From NCBI RefSeq assembly GCF_009914755.1, contig NC_060941.1: DNA of 64,000 bases. One strand, given 5' to 3'. Below are positions 22,496 to 42,335 of this stretch, one piece after another (position 1 is the first letter of the stretch; each line of letters starts with the position of its first letter). The notes below the pieces were generated by a model, which saw nothing but the letters and a program-made list of their open reading frames with translations, was not told the origin of the DNA and made no database searches. Position numbers and translations under genes: made by a program. The stretch comes from the human T2T-CHM13v2.0 reference genome, Homo sapiens.

Positions 22496-24345
22496 TCAAG
22501 ATTTCAAAGTAAAAAACAGAACTTATATATACCCATTTCCAAATAACAGCTTTTTAAATATATATAACATTACATACATTATTAAACTGGTCTATGCAGA
22601 TATTTCTGACCACAACCTAATAACTTATTTAGATAACAGCTGTATTCATTGAGTGCAGAGCAGAGCAAAATAACTTGGGTAGGTTCTAACATCAGTTCTC
22701 CTGAGAAGCAAAGTTCAGTACAACATAAGTAAGCAGCATGTAGTTAAAGGTAAGGTAAAGATTTCAAGAAGCAGGAATCCTGTACTCTCTCAAGCACAGA
22801 ACTGGATGTGTGACCTATGGCACACACTTCAGCAATCCAGTGAATAGTCAATCTACTAATCTACCCTCTGAACCAGTTTGGTACTATACCCAGTTTGGTG
22901 TCCTCTTTTGTGATTTTTTTTTGTTTTGTTTTTTCTTTTGAAGACACAGTCTCACTCTGTAGCTCAGGCTGGAGTTCAATGGCAAGATATTGGCTCACTA
23001 CAACCTCCGCCTCCCAGGTACAAGTGATTTTCCTTCCTCTGCCTCCGGAGTAGCTTGGATTACAGGCGTCCGCCACCATGCCCAGTTAATTTTTGTATTT
23101 TTAGTAGAGACGGGGTTTCACCATGTTGGTCAGGGCTGGTCTTGAACTCCTGACCTCAGGCAATCCACCACCTCGGCCTCCCAAAGTGCTGAAATTACAG
23201 GCATGAGCCACCATGCGTAGCGTTCTTTTGTGATTTTTAACTAAATAAAAATATGAGTGTCACTACAGCAGGGACACATAATGGTATCTCATTTAGATAT
23301 TCACATTCAGAAATCTCAAATTTAAAAAAAGATGTCTTAATCCAGAGCTAGTCTTTGTCTTTAAAAAAAATGTCTTAGGAGCTTAAGTAATAATTAACTA
23401 ACAAATTATTATTTCATAAAGCAACAACCATACCCCTTCCCATCCCACTCCCGCCAGAAAACAAACATAGATTGTTCATTTCAGAAAGTGTCTGAATGAC
23501 TAGGTGCAGGGGCATATCTCTATCTACTCTGGCTAGGGGCAGTGTGAACATTATTCGAATCGTTAACCATGGCCAGGTGTGGTGGCTCACACCTACAATC
23601 CCAACACTTTGGGAGGCTGAGGTAAGAAAATGTCTTGAGGCCAGGAGTTCAAGACAAGCCTGGGCAACACAGTGTGACCCCATCTCTACAAAAAAAAAAA
23701 AAAAAAAAAGGCCAGGCGCAGTGGCTCACACCTGTAATCCTAGCACTTTGGGAGGCTGGGGCAGGCAGATGACTTGAGGTCGAGATCAAGACCATCCTGG
23801 CCAACATGGTGAAACCCCATCTCCACTAAAAATACAAAAATTAGCTGGGTGTGATGGCGCGCGCCTGTAGTCCCAGCTACTCAGGAGGCTGAAGCAAGAG
23901 AATCGCTTGAACCCAGGTGGTGGAGGTTGCAGCAAGCCAAGACACTCCACTGCACTCCAGACTGGCGACAGAGCCAGACTCTGTCTCAACAAAAAAAAAA
24001 AAAAAAAAAAAAAAAAAACTTTGGCAGGATCCACAAGGCAGGAGGATCCACTTGAGCCCAGGAGTTCCAGACCAGACTGGGCAACATAGTGAGTTCAGCT
24101 TGCATAACATAACGAGACCCTGTTTCTACAAAAAAAATTAAAAATTAGCCAGGCATGGTGGCGCATGCCTGTAGTCACAGCTGCTCAGAGGCTGAGGAAG
24201 TGGGATCTACTTGAGCCCTGGAGGTCAAGGCTGCTGTGGGCCATGATTGCACAACTGCACTCCAGCCTGAACCTCATCTCTAAAAAAAAGAAAAAAAAAA
24301 AAAACCCAACCAAAGGAAAAAAAAATCACAAAAACAAACAGTTCA

Positions 24346-24889
<544 letters not shown>

Positions 24890-25424
24890 TCAGGAGGATG
24901 AGGCAGGAGAACTGCTTGAACCCGGGAGGCAGAGGTTGCAGTGAGCCAAGATCGCGCTACTGCACTCCAGCATGGGTGGCAAAGCAAGACCCCATCTCAA
25001 AAAAAAAAAAACAACAACAACAAAAGAAAATAGGTTGGGTGCAGTGGCTCACACCTGTAATCACAGCACTTTGGGAGGCTGAGGTGCGAGGAATGTCTGA
25101 GCCCAAATATTCAAGATCAGCCTGGGCAACATGGGAAACCCATTTCTACAAAAAATACAAAAATTAGCCAGGCATGGCGGCATGATCCTGTAGTCCCAGC
25201 TATTCCGGAAGTTGAGATGGGAGGATCGCTTGAACCCAGGAGGCAGAGGTTGCAGTCAGCCGGGATTACACCACTGCACTCTGGCCTGGGCAACAGAGTG
25301 AGATCTCGTCTCAATCAATCAATCAAAAGATCTATAAAAATATTAAAATATGTGTTTTTTAGGCCAGGTGCGGTGGCTCACGCTTGTAATCCCAGCACTT
25401 TGGGAGGCCGAGGCAGGGGGATCA

Positions 25425-25941
<517 letters not shown>

Positions 25942-26050
25942 TCAGTCTCAAAAATAAATAAAATTAAAAAATAAAATATCAAGTGTGGGCCAAGTGTGGT
26001 GGCTCACGCCTGTAATCCCAGCACTTTGGGAGGTTGAGGCAGATGAATCA

Positions 26051-26302
<252 letters not shown>

Positions 26303-26988
26303 CTAAAACAAGAACAATGAATGTCAATACCTATTTTCCTGCCCATGAGTCTTACGGGTCCCATGTTCATACACTTCCAAAGACAAGAAGTGTCAAAAGT
26401 CTCCATTTAAACAAAAATCATTTTGTTACTGCTTTAAGTGCTGATTCCATGGGAACAAGTTAGAAAATTCTCAGTAGTGTCTCTCACCTCTGCATTCAGT
26501 CATCCTATTGTTTTGTTTTTTGGTAAGAAACAGGGTCTTGCCCTGTTGTCAAGGCTGGAGTGCCGTGGCCATGATAACTCACTGCAGTCTCAAACTCCTG
26601 GGCTTAAGTGATCCTCCTGCCTTAGCCTCCTGAGTAGCTAGGACTACAGGCTCACACCATCACACCCAACTAATTTTTTTTATGGTTTTTGGGGAAGAGG
26701 GGTCTCACTACGTTGCCCAGGCTTGAACTCATCCTTTTTTTTTTTTTTTTTAAAGCAAAAGGCCACAAAAAAGCAGACACAAAATCACATAATCCATTCC
26801 CAGTAAAGATATTCTCTCTTCAGTCCATTCTCTGCATGTATGAGTCTATCTCAAAAAGGAGGGAAGGAGCCAGGCGCGGTGGTTCACAGTGGCAATCCCA
26901 GCACTTTAGGAGGCCAAGGCGGGCGGATCACCTGAGGTCAGGAGTTCAAGACCAGCCTGACCAACATGCAGAAACCCCAACTCCACTA

Positions 26989-27213
<225 letters not shown>

Positions 27214-27311
27214 TTATGTGTAATCTCCCTCTACTGAATGATGCTAAATGAGCTCTCACTTTGAGAATAACAGTGATAACATACAAGACCCACAGAATCA
27301 CTAAGAACTAA

Positions 27312-27698
<387 letters not shown>

Positions 27699-28811
27699 TA
27701 AAAGAATCAGAAGTTGCAGAAAAACCCTAACATACCCAGTTATAACCTCTCTCTCCAGATCATTTTGTATCCAGATTTTTATTTTAAAAAATCACTGGGC
27801 TGGGGCACAGTGGCTCACCCCTGTAAGTCCCAACACTTTGGCAGGATCCACAAGGCAGGAGGATCACTTGAGCCCAGGAGTTCCAGACCAGACTGGGCAA
27901 CACAGTGAGACCTTGTCTCTGTAAAAAATTTAATTAGCCCAGTGTGGTAACGCATGTCTGTGGTCCTAGCTACTCAGGAGGCTGAGGCAAGAGGATCACT
28001 TGAGCCCAAGAGATTGAGGCTGCAGTGAACTGTGACTGTGCCACTACACCCCAGCCTAGGCGATTGAGACTCTGTCTCCAAAAAGAATTTAAATTTAAAA
28101 GTCACTGATTTTAAAATAAATTATTCAATAGGTTCACAGGGCTTATTCTGGATAGAGTCAACAGGATGTTCTGGCTGAAAAAGTGAAATTGAAACAGAGT
28201 AGAAAGTGAGGAGCTAGCTATGTAAAATTCTAAGGAGAGCATTCTAGAGCATGGGCAAAGGCATCAGACGGGTCTTGGTTAAAGAATGGAGAGGTGTGTC
28301 ACAGGCAGCCCAAAGGAGAGAGTGATGGGCGATAAGATGACAGATTTCTTGATTAGCATCTGAAACCGGTCCAAATCTATCTAAAATTAGCCCTTCTTTA
28401 GGTTGTTTTTAAAGAATCCCTAAAACAGCAGACTAGCTCCACACTAGAAATTCAAATAAAAGCAAAGGAAAAAGTCAGAAGGTATTCAAAATATGTCCTA
28501 TCAATATAAAGATTAAATTTTTGATGCCTTGCTGAGAATTCCTGCAAGCAAGAGATCATAGCACCTCACACATTCCTAAAACATTCTATCTACATACCCA
28601 CCTAAGTTTCCACAGAGGTGCTCAGAATTTACTTTACTCTCTCTGGTGATGGATAATTTCCATGCTTTCAAATCACTTTTGCTGTAAATACCCTGAGGCA
28701 CTTACTTTGGTATAAAAGACTCTTGGTCTCCGCATTAAAGACACAAACAGGCCGGCACGGTGGCTCATGCCTGTAATCCCAGCACTTTGGGAGGCTGAGG
28801 CGGGCAGATCA

Positions 28812-29066
<255 letters not shown>

Positions 29067-29250
29067 TCACAGAAAACTAAACACAGAATTCACTCTACAT
29101 ATTGGCCAAAGGGAGACAATTTCTGGATACTGAGCAACACACAATTTATGATCTTATGTGAAAACTGATGGCCGGGTGTGGTGGCTCACATCTGTAATCC
29201 CAGTACTTTGGGAGGCTGAGGCGAGTGGATTGCCTGAGCTCAGGAGTTCA

Positions 29251-29520
<270 letters not shown>

Positions 29521-31676
29521 TCATTTAGCATTTCATAAATGTTCTCTGTTCTCAGGTCATGACCCTTTGCCCAATGGTTTCACTATGGAGAATTTACAGA
29601 TGTAACTGAAAAAATATAAACTACAAATAAATTCATTGGATAACCTATTTTTTTTAGAGTCATTTACTCAAGAAATTAATAGGGAACCCAGAGTCTAGCA
29701 GTCGGGCAATTTTGTTTTCTGATTCTGCAACCTGTGGCAGATGGTTTTCTTGGCACGTGTGACCCTGGCATTTTGCCCATATTTACACGGACTGACAGGA
29801 GTTTAAGGCTGGAGGGAGCATTTATTTTACGTGAGGTAAAAGGTCATGTCAGGCTTGCTTGTCACCTGTGTGTACATGTGGTTAATTCCCAGTCACTTCC
29901 ATGTATATCCACACACTGGCAAGGGGCTATATGAGCATGAAGCAGCAAGTAGCACTTGACCTCTGTTCTATAAAGAGTGCTAACAAACAAGCGGAAATTG
30001 TGATCCTATCATTATTTGGTTTTTCATCCCTTCCTTCCCTATATGAAAGGAAAAGCTCTTGAAATAGTCCATTCTGGCGGGGTGCGGTGGCTCATGCCTG
30101 TAATCCCAGCACTGGGATGGTCAGCCCGAGGCCAAAGTGGGCAGATCACTTGAGGCCAGGAGTTCAAGACCATCCTAGGCACCATGGAGAAATCCTGTCT
30201 CTACAAAAAACAAAAATGAGCGGGGAGTGTTGTCCTAGCTCCTTAGGAAGCTGAGGCACAAGAATCGCTTGAACCCGGCAGGCAGAGGTTGCAGTGAGCC
30301 AAGATCACTCCACTGCACTTCACCCTGGGCGACAGAGTGAGACTACGTCTCAAAAAAAAAAAAAAAAAAAAAAAGGCAATTTTGTTTGGCAAATTCAATA
30401 GCATTCCTTTGAGAAAATTGGATCCCACAATCAGAACTAAAAATCATCACTACAGTCAAGCTTTTAAAAAAGGAAAAAGAACTATTTAACCAGATGCAAA
30501 GGTATACGTGACAAAATAAAACAAAAATTTAATGGTGTTACTATTCAGTGTCAGGAAATGAGCTACAAACCTCACATCCTAAAAACTCTTCAAGTCTTTT
30601 TGAAAAATACTATGTCATTCCTTCAATAATTAGTTATTTCGCCTCCTTTGATCACCATGTATTTAAGCAGGTGTGCTAGGTGCTTGAGAAACAAAAATAG
30701 GACACATCACCTGCCTTTGATAAGGTCCACAGAAATAACGCCAACGCAGGCTGAAAGCTAAACTCCTTGTCAGTCTCAAGAAGCCAAGGACCTATCACTT
30801 GCACCCTAGAACTCCAAAAGGTTCACAGAGCCGAGGTGAGGGCGCCCAGGTCACTGCTCGGGTGCTAGAGTTAACAGGCGGCCAAATGCACGTATAAACA
30901 GCAGTCTAAGAAGGAAACTCAGACGGAAAAAGTGTTGCCAACTGTCACCTACATCTTCCCAACCCCGCCCCCCAATCCTTTTTATAAATAAACGGAGGGT
31001 TTTTGAAGGGAACTGTCCAAGGTTACAACCTGATACGGAGGAATGCTTTGGTTTGGGATACCAACGAAATTGTTTATATATTTATTGAGTACTGCCACAC
31101 AACATCTAAAAGTTGACAAAGTGTCAACCAAGGCACATAGAACATAAAATAAGACGTCTTTCTCAACAAGATTAAAACGTCAAGAAGAAACTGACCGAAA
31201 GAGGGAGATCTCTAACTTCCCAAAGCAAGGCAACCCCCTGGAAAGGTACTGGAACTAGCGGAAGTTACATATCCAGGGCAGAAGTGTCCCCCTCCCCAAG
31301 GGTAAAACTTTGAACCGCCATCTGACTATCCCACGGTGGTCGGAAACTTCCCTCAACAAGAAGCAACCAGACACCCAACAATCTCCGCCCTTGGCCAACC
31401 CCAGGTGTCCTCAGGCCAGGCTGCCGCTTCCTCCCCGGGCCCTGCCTCCTCCATCTCGCTCCCTTCCCAGGACACTCAGTAGCCGGCCTCGGCTTCCAAC
31501 GCCGGCCTGGCTCCCGGGGTACCTGGAGGCCGCCGGGATCGGTCCCAGGGGGCATCGGCCTCAGGCCCGCCCTCCAGGAGGCCCGTCGCGCCTCTAGTCC
31601 CCGACCGGGCCGCGACCCCCGCCCCGGCCGCCCCCGGAGACGGATCCCGCGGCCCCCGCCCTGCCGCCGGCCTCAC

Positions 31677-31979
31677 CTCCTCAGCGTGCTTGCGCAGCGC
31701 CTTCTCCCGCTCGTACTGGGTGATGAGCTGCTCGTTGTCGTCCCGCAGCAGCTCCAGCTCCACCTGGTGCTCCTGGTCCTGCGCGAACACCGAGTCCAGG
31801 TTCTCCAGCACAGCCACCACCAGCGGCATCAGCTCTTTGACCACCTCCTCGTCATAGCGCCCGATAAGCCGCTCGAACTCGCGGTAGATGGAGCCGGCCA
31901 GGCCGGACACCCGCTCCGACATCACGGCCCCGGAGCCGCCGGGCTCCTCCTGATACACCACACCGTCCTCCAGCTCCAT
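31677..31979 (-). CDS. SPAG9: SPAG9 / JIP4 (JNK-interacting protein 4) first coding exon, 101 codons, N-terminal RH1 domain region
   Basis: Translates [64 protein letters not shown]...[12 protein letters not shown], the recognised JIP4 N-terminus (JIP3/JIP4 family). ATG at 31979 in perfect Kozak context GCCACCATGG. Ends at phase-0 donor GAG|GTGAGG (31677/31676). Confidence 0.96.
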
Positions 31980-32200
31980 GGTGGCAAGCGGACGGGCGGG
32001 CGGCCCGGGGCGTCGCCGGCAGAGGGGCGGCACCTGCCCGCACGGGACGGACCCGACTCGGGCTGGGACGGGTACTAGGGCTGGAGCCCGGGCCGGGGCT
32101 GGGGCTGGGCCCGGCGGGGTGGGGGCCGGGGCCGGAGGAGGGGAGGGGTGGCGTAGGCGCTCTCACCCCAACCGCCGCTGCACCAACTGCCGGGGCGGCC
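31980..32200 (-). other. SPAG9: SPAG9 GC-rich 5' UTR (TSS position approximate)
   Basis: Contiguous with the ATG, no upstream AUG, bounded by a GC-box/CRE cluster from ~32215. The exact TSS cannot be read from sequence. Confidence 0.6.
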
Positions 32201-32519
32201 CGGCCGCGCGCGCCACACGTCATCCGCGGGGCGGGGCCGGCGCCGCGTCGGCCCGATGGGCGGGGCGCCGCGGGAGGCCAGGCGCGGCCGGGGGCGGGGC
32301 CAAGCGTCTTCGGGCGCTGGCGGAGGAAGCCATGGCGTCAACACCCGGCGCCGCGAAGACGGTGCGGGCGCCAATGGGAAAGACTGCGGTCGGCGGGTGG
32401 GGAGAAGTATCCATCCACGGCGGGATTCGCGGGGCGGGTCCCAGGGGAAAGGGAGGGGTTCGGGAAGAGTGACGAGTTAACTTAGCTGGCATTTCTATGG
32501 CTTTTTAAAGCTCACAAAG

Positions 32520-32680
32520 CACCTACTCACTTCATCCCCACAACAGGCGTAAAGAGGTAGATATTTGGACCTCGTTTCACAGACAAAGAAACTAGGCCCA
32601 GGAAAGTGGCGTTGCTCTCAAGGTCACGCAGCTACAACGGGAAACGGGCTGAGCCGGGACTCAAACCAATTACCCAGATT
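32520..32680. mobile_element. MIR SINE at the edge of the CpG island
   Basis: TTCATCCCCACAAC...TTTCACAGACAAAGAAACTAGGCCCAG...CAAGGTCACGCAGCT...GGGACTCAAACC MIR core. Confidence 0.75.
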
Positions 32681-32805
32681 GAGAATTCCGGGCTCCGAAA
32701 AAAACTGGAAACAGAAAGGGAGGGAAAAAAAACCATAACCAGGGTCTGCCCAAGTGGAAAGGTGGTCTCGAATAGAATAGAACTGTTTTGTGCTATGGAA
32801 GAGCA

Positions 32806-32997
32806 AGGGTGAGATGAGGGGAAATGGGAGTGACTGCTAATAGGTATGGGATTTCGTTTTGGGATAATAAAAATGTTCTAAAAAATGTATTATAGTGATG
32901 AATACACAACTCTAAATATGCTAAAAGACATTCAACTTTACACGTTAAGTGAGTGAATCATATGGCGTGTGAATTATATCTCAAGTTATTAAAAAAT
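32806..32997 (+). mobile_element. L1M 3' end fragment, near-duplicate of 35473-35666
   Basis: Ends in TGTGAATTATATCTCAA, an L1MB/MC terminus. About 92% identical to 35473-35666 by manual alignment. Confidence 0.8.
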
Positions 32998-33239
32998 AAA
33001 CAGGAAGGGTGATAGCATTCTGGAGAAGGGTGAAACTGGAACGTTACATGTGGCACTTTCCCACATAGTGTGTCTGCTACTTCTGGCCAACTTGGGACGG
33101 GGACATTTCCAGGCTCCAGCCACCCTCCTCTCCTCAAGTCTTGAAGTGGGGCGGAAAGGGTAAGTGGGAGGTTGGGGAACAGAGGAGGTAAGGGGTGGAG
33201 TCACTGGAGTGAATAAGTCCCATGACAAGTGAGGTTTCT

Positions 33240-33480
33240 GCCGCCTGGGAGAGTGTCACGTGTGGGGAATGACACAACGCCCACGCCTAGAGCGGGCTGA
33301 GTCAAGGATCCCGGTGTGCTCATCTAACGTCCGCAAATGGGACGGAAGACACTCTCAAAAGTCCCTTCTCTGTGTCTCAGGTGACTCAGCTCTCCGTCCC
33401 GACTCGTTTAAGAAAAGGGGGAGGAAAGGCAGGATAAACATAGGTTTAAGGGGAGAATTGGCCACCCACCGGGATCATAA
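33240..33480. promoter_or_regulatory. Candidate proximal enhancer (E-box plus two AP-1/ARE motifs)
   Basis: Non-repeat patch retaining CpGs, with GTCACGTG (33255-33262), GCTGAGTCA (33296-33304) and GTGACTCAGC (33381-33390). Confidence 0.45.
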
Positions 33481-34129
33481 CTACCCTTAGCTTGGGGTTT
33501 ACAAGTTTAAGTACTTCCCACCAAGTATGAAGTAGTCCCCTAAAGTTTCCTACGCATGACCCACCTGGAGACCCATAAAAACAATATGAAGGTTGGGCAA
33601 GAGTAAACCTATAAATTTGGAAGGACAAAGATGAAAATACTAAGTCTTATGAAGTGCCAGATGGGACTGAATTTGCGGCCTGTGTTTTTTCCCGTTCTCA
33701 CCCTCACCCCACATTCACCCTTATGTCATTTAGATATTTGGGTAGTAGGAATGCCGACCAGCTGGTTGGCTGTGAGCCGCAAATGCCCTTTCTCTTCTTA
33801 ACCTTTCATATTTGAAAACTAGAAAAAGTCTTGATCTGAATCTCTCCTCTTTTATTTTCTCTTCCTGAGGGCTGTCACTCACCTGGTCTACCTATATGCA
33901 TGCCTCTCTTTTCCTGGGGGATCAGAAGAGCCAAAAAACATAGGGCAAGGCTTTACTTTTTCTTTCCACAATATTATCATACACATCAAAAAATTTAAAG
34001 AAAAAAGTATCAGCCGGGCGTGGTGACTCATGCCTGTAACCCAGCACTTTGGGAGGCCGAGGCGGGTGGATCACAAGGTCAGGAGTTCAAGACCAGCCTG
34101 AACAATATGGTGAAACCCCATTTCTACTA

Positions 34130-34341
<212 letters not shown>

Positions 34342-34449
34342 TTAATTGTCATTCCTAATAAGTATACTTCTTTAGGTATACGTTCAACATAGAAAGATAC
34401 ACACTTATGTCTTGATTTTAAGCTTCTGCCAGTTATCAGAGATAACATT

Positions 34450-35666
<1,217 letters not shown>

Positions 35667-36504
35667 ATATGAAGTAAAAGTTATGGCTGGTGGGGCGTGG
35701 TGGCTCATGCCTGTAATCCCAGCACTTTGGAAGGCCAAGGCGAGCAGATCACTTGAGGTCAGGAGTTCGAGACCAGCTGGCCAACATGGTGAAACCCCAT
35801 CTCTACTAAAAATACAAAAATTAGCCGGGCATGGTGGCGTGCACCTGTAATCCCAGCTACTCGGGAGGCTGAGGCAGGAGAATCGCTTGAACTGGGAGGC
35901 AGAGGTTGTAGTGAGCTGAGATCATGCCATTGCACTCCAGCCTGGGCGATAGACCGAGACTCCATCTCAAATAAATACATAAATAAATAAAATTTATGGC
36001 TATAATGATTTTTATAGTAGACCCAATGAAAGCACATCACTCAGTATGATTGAGGTGAAAGAAACTGGTGTTGAAATTAGGAACCTTGTATTCTAGTATG
36101 GACTGGTCATTTTGAACAACTTAGGCCATAAACAAAAGAGCAAGTAGTTACTGATTACCCACTTAGTGACAGTCACAAGGATAAGGGCTGTAAACTTCAG
36201 CTTATTCATCCGTATGATGAAGGGGTTTGTTAGAAAATCTGTCCCAGCACTTTGGGAGGCTGAGGTGGGAGGATCAGTTGAGGGTAGGAGTTTGAGAGAA
36301 GCCTGGGCAACATAGCCAGAGCATTTCTGAAAATAAAAATAAAAAATAAAGCCCAGGTTGTGCTGATGCAGGCCTGTAGTCCCAGCTACTACTTGGGGAG
36401 CTAAGCTATAAGGATCACTGGAGCCCAGGAGGTTGAGGCTGCAATGAGCTGTGATGGCACAACTGCACTCCAGCCTGGGCAACAGAGCAATACCACAACT
36501 CCAT

Positions 36505-36625
36505 AAAGAAAGAAAGAAAGAGGAAGAGAGTGAGAGAAAAAAAAAAGAAAGAAAGGGAAAGAGGGAAAGAGAAAGAAAGAAAGAAAAAAAGAGAAAGAAA
36601 AAAAGAAAGAAAGAAAAAAGAAAAA
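36505..36625. repeat. GA-rich (GAAA)n low-complexity tract from an Alu tail
   Basis: Direct reading. Confidence 0.9.
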
Positions 36626-36661
36626 TCTGTAAAGGCATTTTTTCGTTGTTTTGTTTTTTGA

Positions 36662-37202
<541 letters not shown>

Positions 37203-37953
37203 TGACCTGGACCTCCCAAAGTGCTGGAATTACAGGCATGAGCCACCGCGCCTGGCCTGTAAAGGGTTTTTGCAGTTCTAAAATCCTATGATTCTCTTGT
37301 ATAATAGGTTGTAATGACAGACAGGAGACAGGGTCTTGATATTGAGTCCCGTTAGTGAACTCCTTCTTATGTAGGCAGTACTACTACCTCCTATATTCAA
37401 TTGGCTGGATAGATTCCCAACTTCCACCCCTGACCCACAATGAGAGTATCATTAACTAAGAGTTGTTAAGGAAAAATAGGTCATCTTGTGGACTTTAGAG
37501 TAAAGTGTTTACTTTTGATTCCTACAGGGAAGGAAATTCCATTTCAAGAGATTCCTTGGCCTTGCAAAAATAGTGAGGACAGTCACGGGGGCAGCAGAGG
37601 GGAGCAGTTAATGAGAGCAGGAAGGGAGGAGTTTCTTCCTAAGCATAATAACTATAATCACTGGAAGGCTGAAATTACTAGTCCTGTTGTTTGTCCAGCC
37701 TTCTGGAACATATATAGTTATTTCTATGTGAATCAATTTCTCTAGTTTCACAAATGACATTTTCCCACCTGCAAGGAGAGAGTCACTGAAAAAGGAAGAG
37801 AAGATGGGGTTCCCCGGGCACAAGGCCCTCTGGTCATGGCAGTGTGAAATGATAAGTAATTCATCACTGGGTACAAACTAACATATGTTTGGTGAGGCAG
37901 TCTAGCTATGGAATTCCAGGCTCAGAATGAAAAGCACCAGGGTATTTTTCTGA

Positions 37954-38631
<678 letters not shown>

Positions 38632-38744
38632 TGAAGCTGGAGTACAGTGGCACGATCGCTGCTCACTGCAGCCTTGACCTCCCAGGCTCAAGGGATCTTT
38701 CCACCTCAGCCTACTAACTACAAATACGCCACCACCCCGGCTAA

Positions 38745-38882
<138 letters not shown>

Positions 38883-39244
38883 TGAAAGCCTTTTTAATGT
38901 GCCAAAACAAGATGGGTAAATGTATCCAGGTTGAAGTTAGAAGGCCTCTAGACAATAACTATTCTGTTTTACTCCCTGTTCCCCAAGAGCTTTGGATTCA
39001 CTGGAATTGCCTCTAAGAAGAGGCTGTACACATGGTTGAAGCAGGAATCCCAGTATTGAGGCTGTTTTTGATGGGGCCAAGGAATGTCGGTCATATTTGT
39101 GTGCAGGTCTATTTTCTCTCTCCACTTTTTCTGACTTGGGCTGAGTGGATGAAGAGGAGGCCCACCACCACCTCTCAGTATACTTTGTACACATAGAGTT
39201 GCATTCATCTGGGAATAAAAGACATATTTTCAAAACAGTAGGTT

Positions 39245-39733
39245 TGATACAGGACAGGCAAGCTCCCAAATTGGGGCTTAGCCAGGGAGGGTTGTTGGCT
39301 TCCTCCAGGAAAGAATTCAAGAGCAAGCTGGTGGTATTAAACAGCAACTTGTATTGAAGTGGCAGTGTATAGCAGCAGCAGAGGTACTGTTCCTAGCGAG
39401 CAGGGATACCCCATAGTCGGTGTGCCCAGAATAGCATCTCAGAGGCAGTTCTGCACTCATATTTTTACCCACTTATAATCACATGCAAAATAGGGGGCAG
39501 TTTATGCAGACATTTCTAGGAAAAGGGTTGTAACTTCTGGGTTGTTGGGTCATTGCCATGGAAATGGGTGGTAACTTCTGGGTGTTGCCATGGCAATGGT
39601 AAACTGACAGGGCACGCTGGTGGGTGTGTCTTATAGAAAACTGCTTCTGCCTTGGGGCTTTTTTAAGCTAGTCCTCAGTTTGGTCCAGTGTCCAACCTCT
39701 GCCTCTGGAGTCCAGTCCCTGCCTCCTACCTCA
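39245..39733 (-). mobile_element. Intact solo LTR, ERV1 MER66-like
   Basis: TG...CA termini and 4-bp TSD GGTT (39241-39244 / 39734-39737). Minus strand begins TGAGGTAGGAGGCAGGGACTGGACTCC. Family name from recall. Confidence 0.75.
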
Positions 39734-39882
39734 GGTTGCTTGGGTTTTTCCCTCCCAATTATACAAGAAATGCATACTCACTATAGAAAATTTGCTAAAT
39801 ATGAGCCAGGCACGGTGGCTCACGCCTGTAATCCCAGCACTTTGGGAGGCTGAGGCAGGCGGATCACGAAGTCAAGAACTCA

Positions 39883-40184
<302 letters not shown>

Positions 40185-40187
40185 TCA

Positions 40188-40614
<427 letters not shown>

Positions 40615-41223
40615 CTACTCAGGAAGCTGAGGCAGGAGAATCACTTGAACCCAGGAGGCAGAGGTTGCGGTGAGCTAAGATCGTGCCACTGCACTCCAGC
40701 CTGGGTGACAGAGCGAGACTCTGCCTCAAAAAAAGAAAAAGTATGGGAGTGGAATATGGCTTCTGTTACTTGATCAAGGTGGATAAAGATTTATGGAGAC
40801 TTTGGATTCATATAGTGACCTTTGCTCTCTGTCTTCTGGTCTCAAAACAATGTTCCTTGTTTTCTTGGTCTCTGAATATCCAACTGGCCTTGAGAGTTGT
40901 AGCTGTGAGCTACTAGAACTCAGAATCCATTCTTTTCGCATTGTTCCCTGTATAACTTGGCCACCTTTGACTCTAATGCTACCCAAGTCATCTCTGAAGT
41001 GTGGCTGTGATGGTAGCCTTCACTGCAACCCTTTCCTCAGAGCCACCTGCTGTCTACCACCCACCCTACCCCAGCATCCAGGCTAGGGTGGGGAAAGATA
41101 AACCTCTGAGCCTTCCATGGCCTGATCCCACAGCACAGCCAGTTTGATACGCTTGTTTTTTAGATTGGTATGGGGTGGTCTTCAGGGCAGCATCTTTCTG
41201 AACCCCAAATGAGAAGAGGGTAG

Positions 41224-41871
<648 letters not shown>

Positions 41872-41909
41872 CTAGTCTTGGTGCATATGTTTAAGCTGAT
41901 CTTACTTAG

Positions 41910-42335
<426 letters not shown>

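Larger units (their letters stand above)
31430..32480. promoter_or_regulatory. CpG island / TATA-less SPAG9 promoter
   Basis: Very high GC and CpG density. Sp/KLF GC boxes GGGGCGGGGC at 32228-32237 and 32291-32300, CCAAT at 32371-32375, CRE/ATF half-site ACGTCA at 32217-32222. Confidence 0.9.

Noticed and set aside
31476-32033. 185-aa single-exon version of the SPAG9 ORF with a GTG start and intronic tail
   Set aside because: The true ATG has a perfect Kozak context, the GTG context is weak, and a consensus donor at 31677 ends the exon. The extensions reflect stop-poor GC-rich DNA.
31265-32492. Several overlapping Pro/Gly/Arg-rich ORFs on both strands
   Set aside because: Expected in a CpG island; 31686-32078 is simply the antisense shadow of the real exon.
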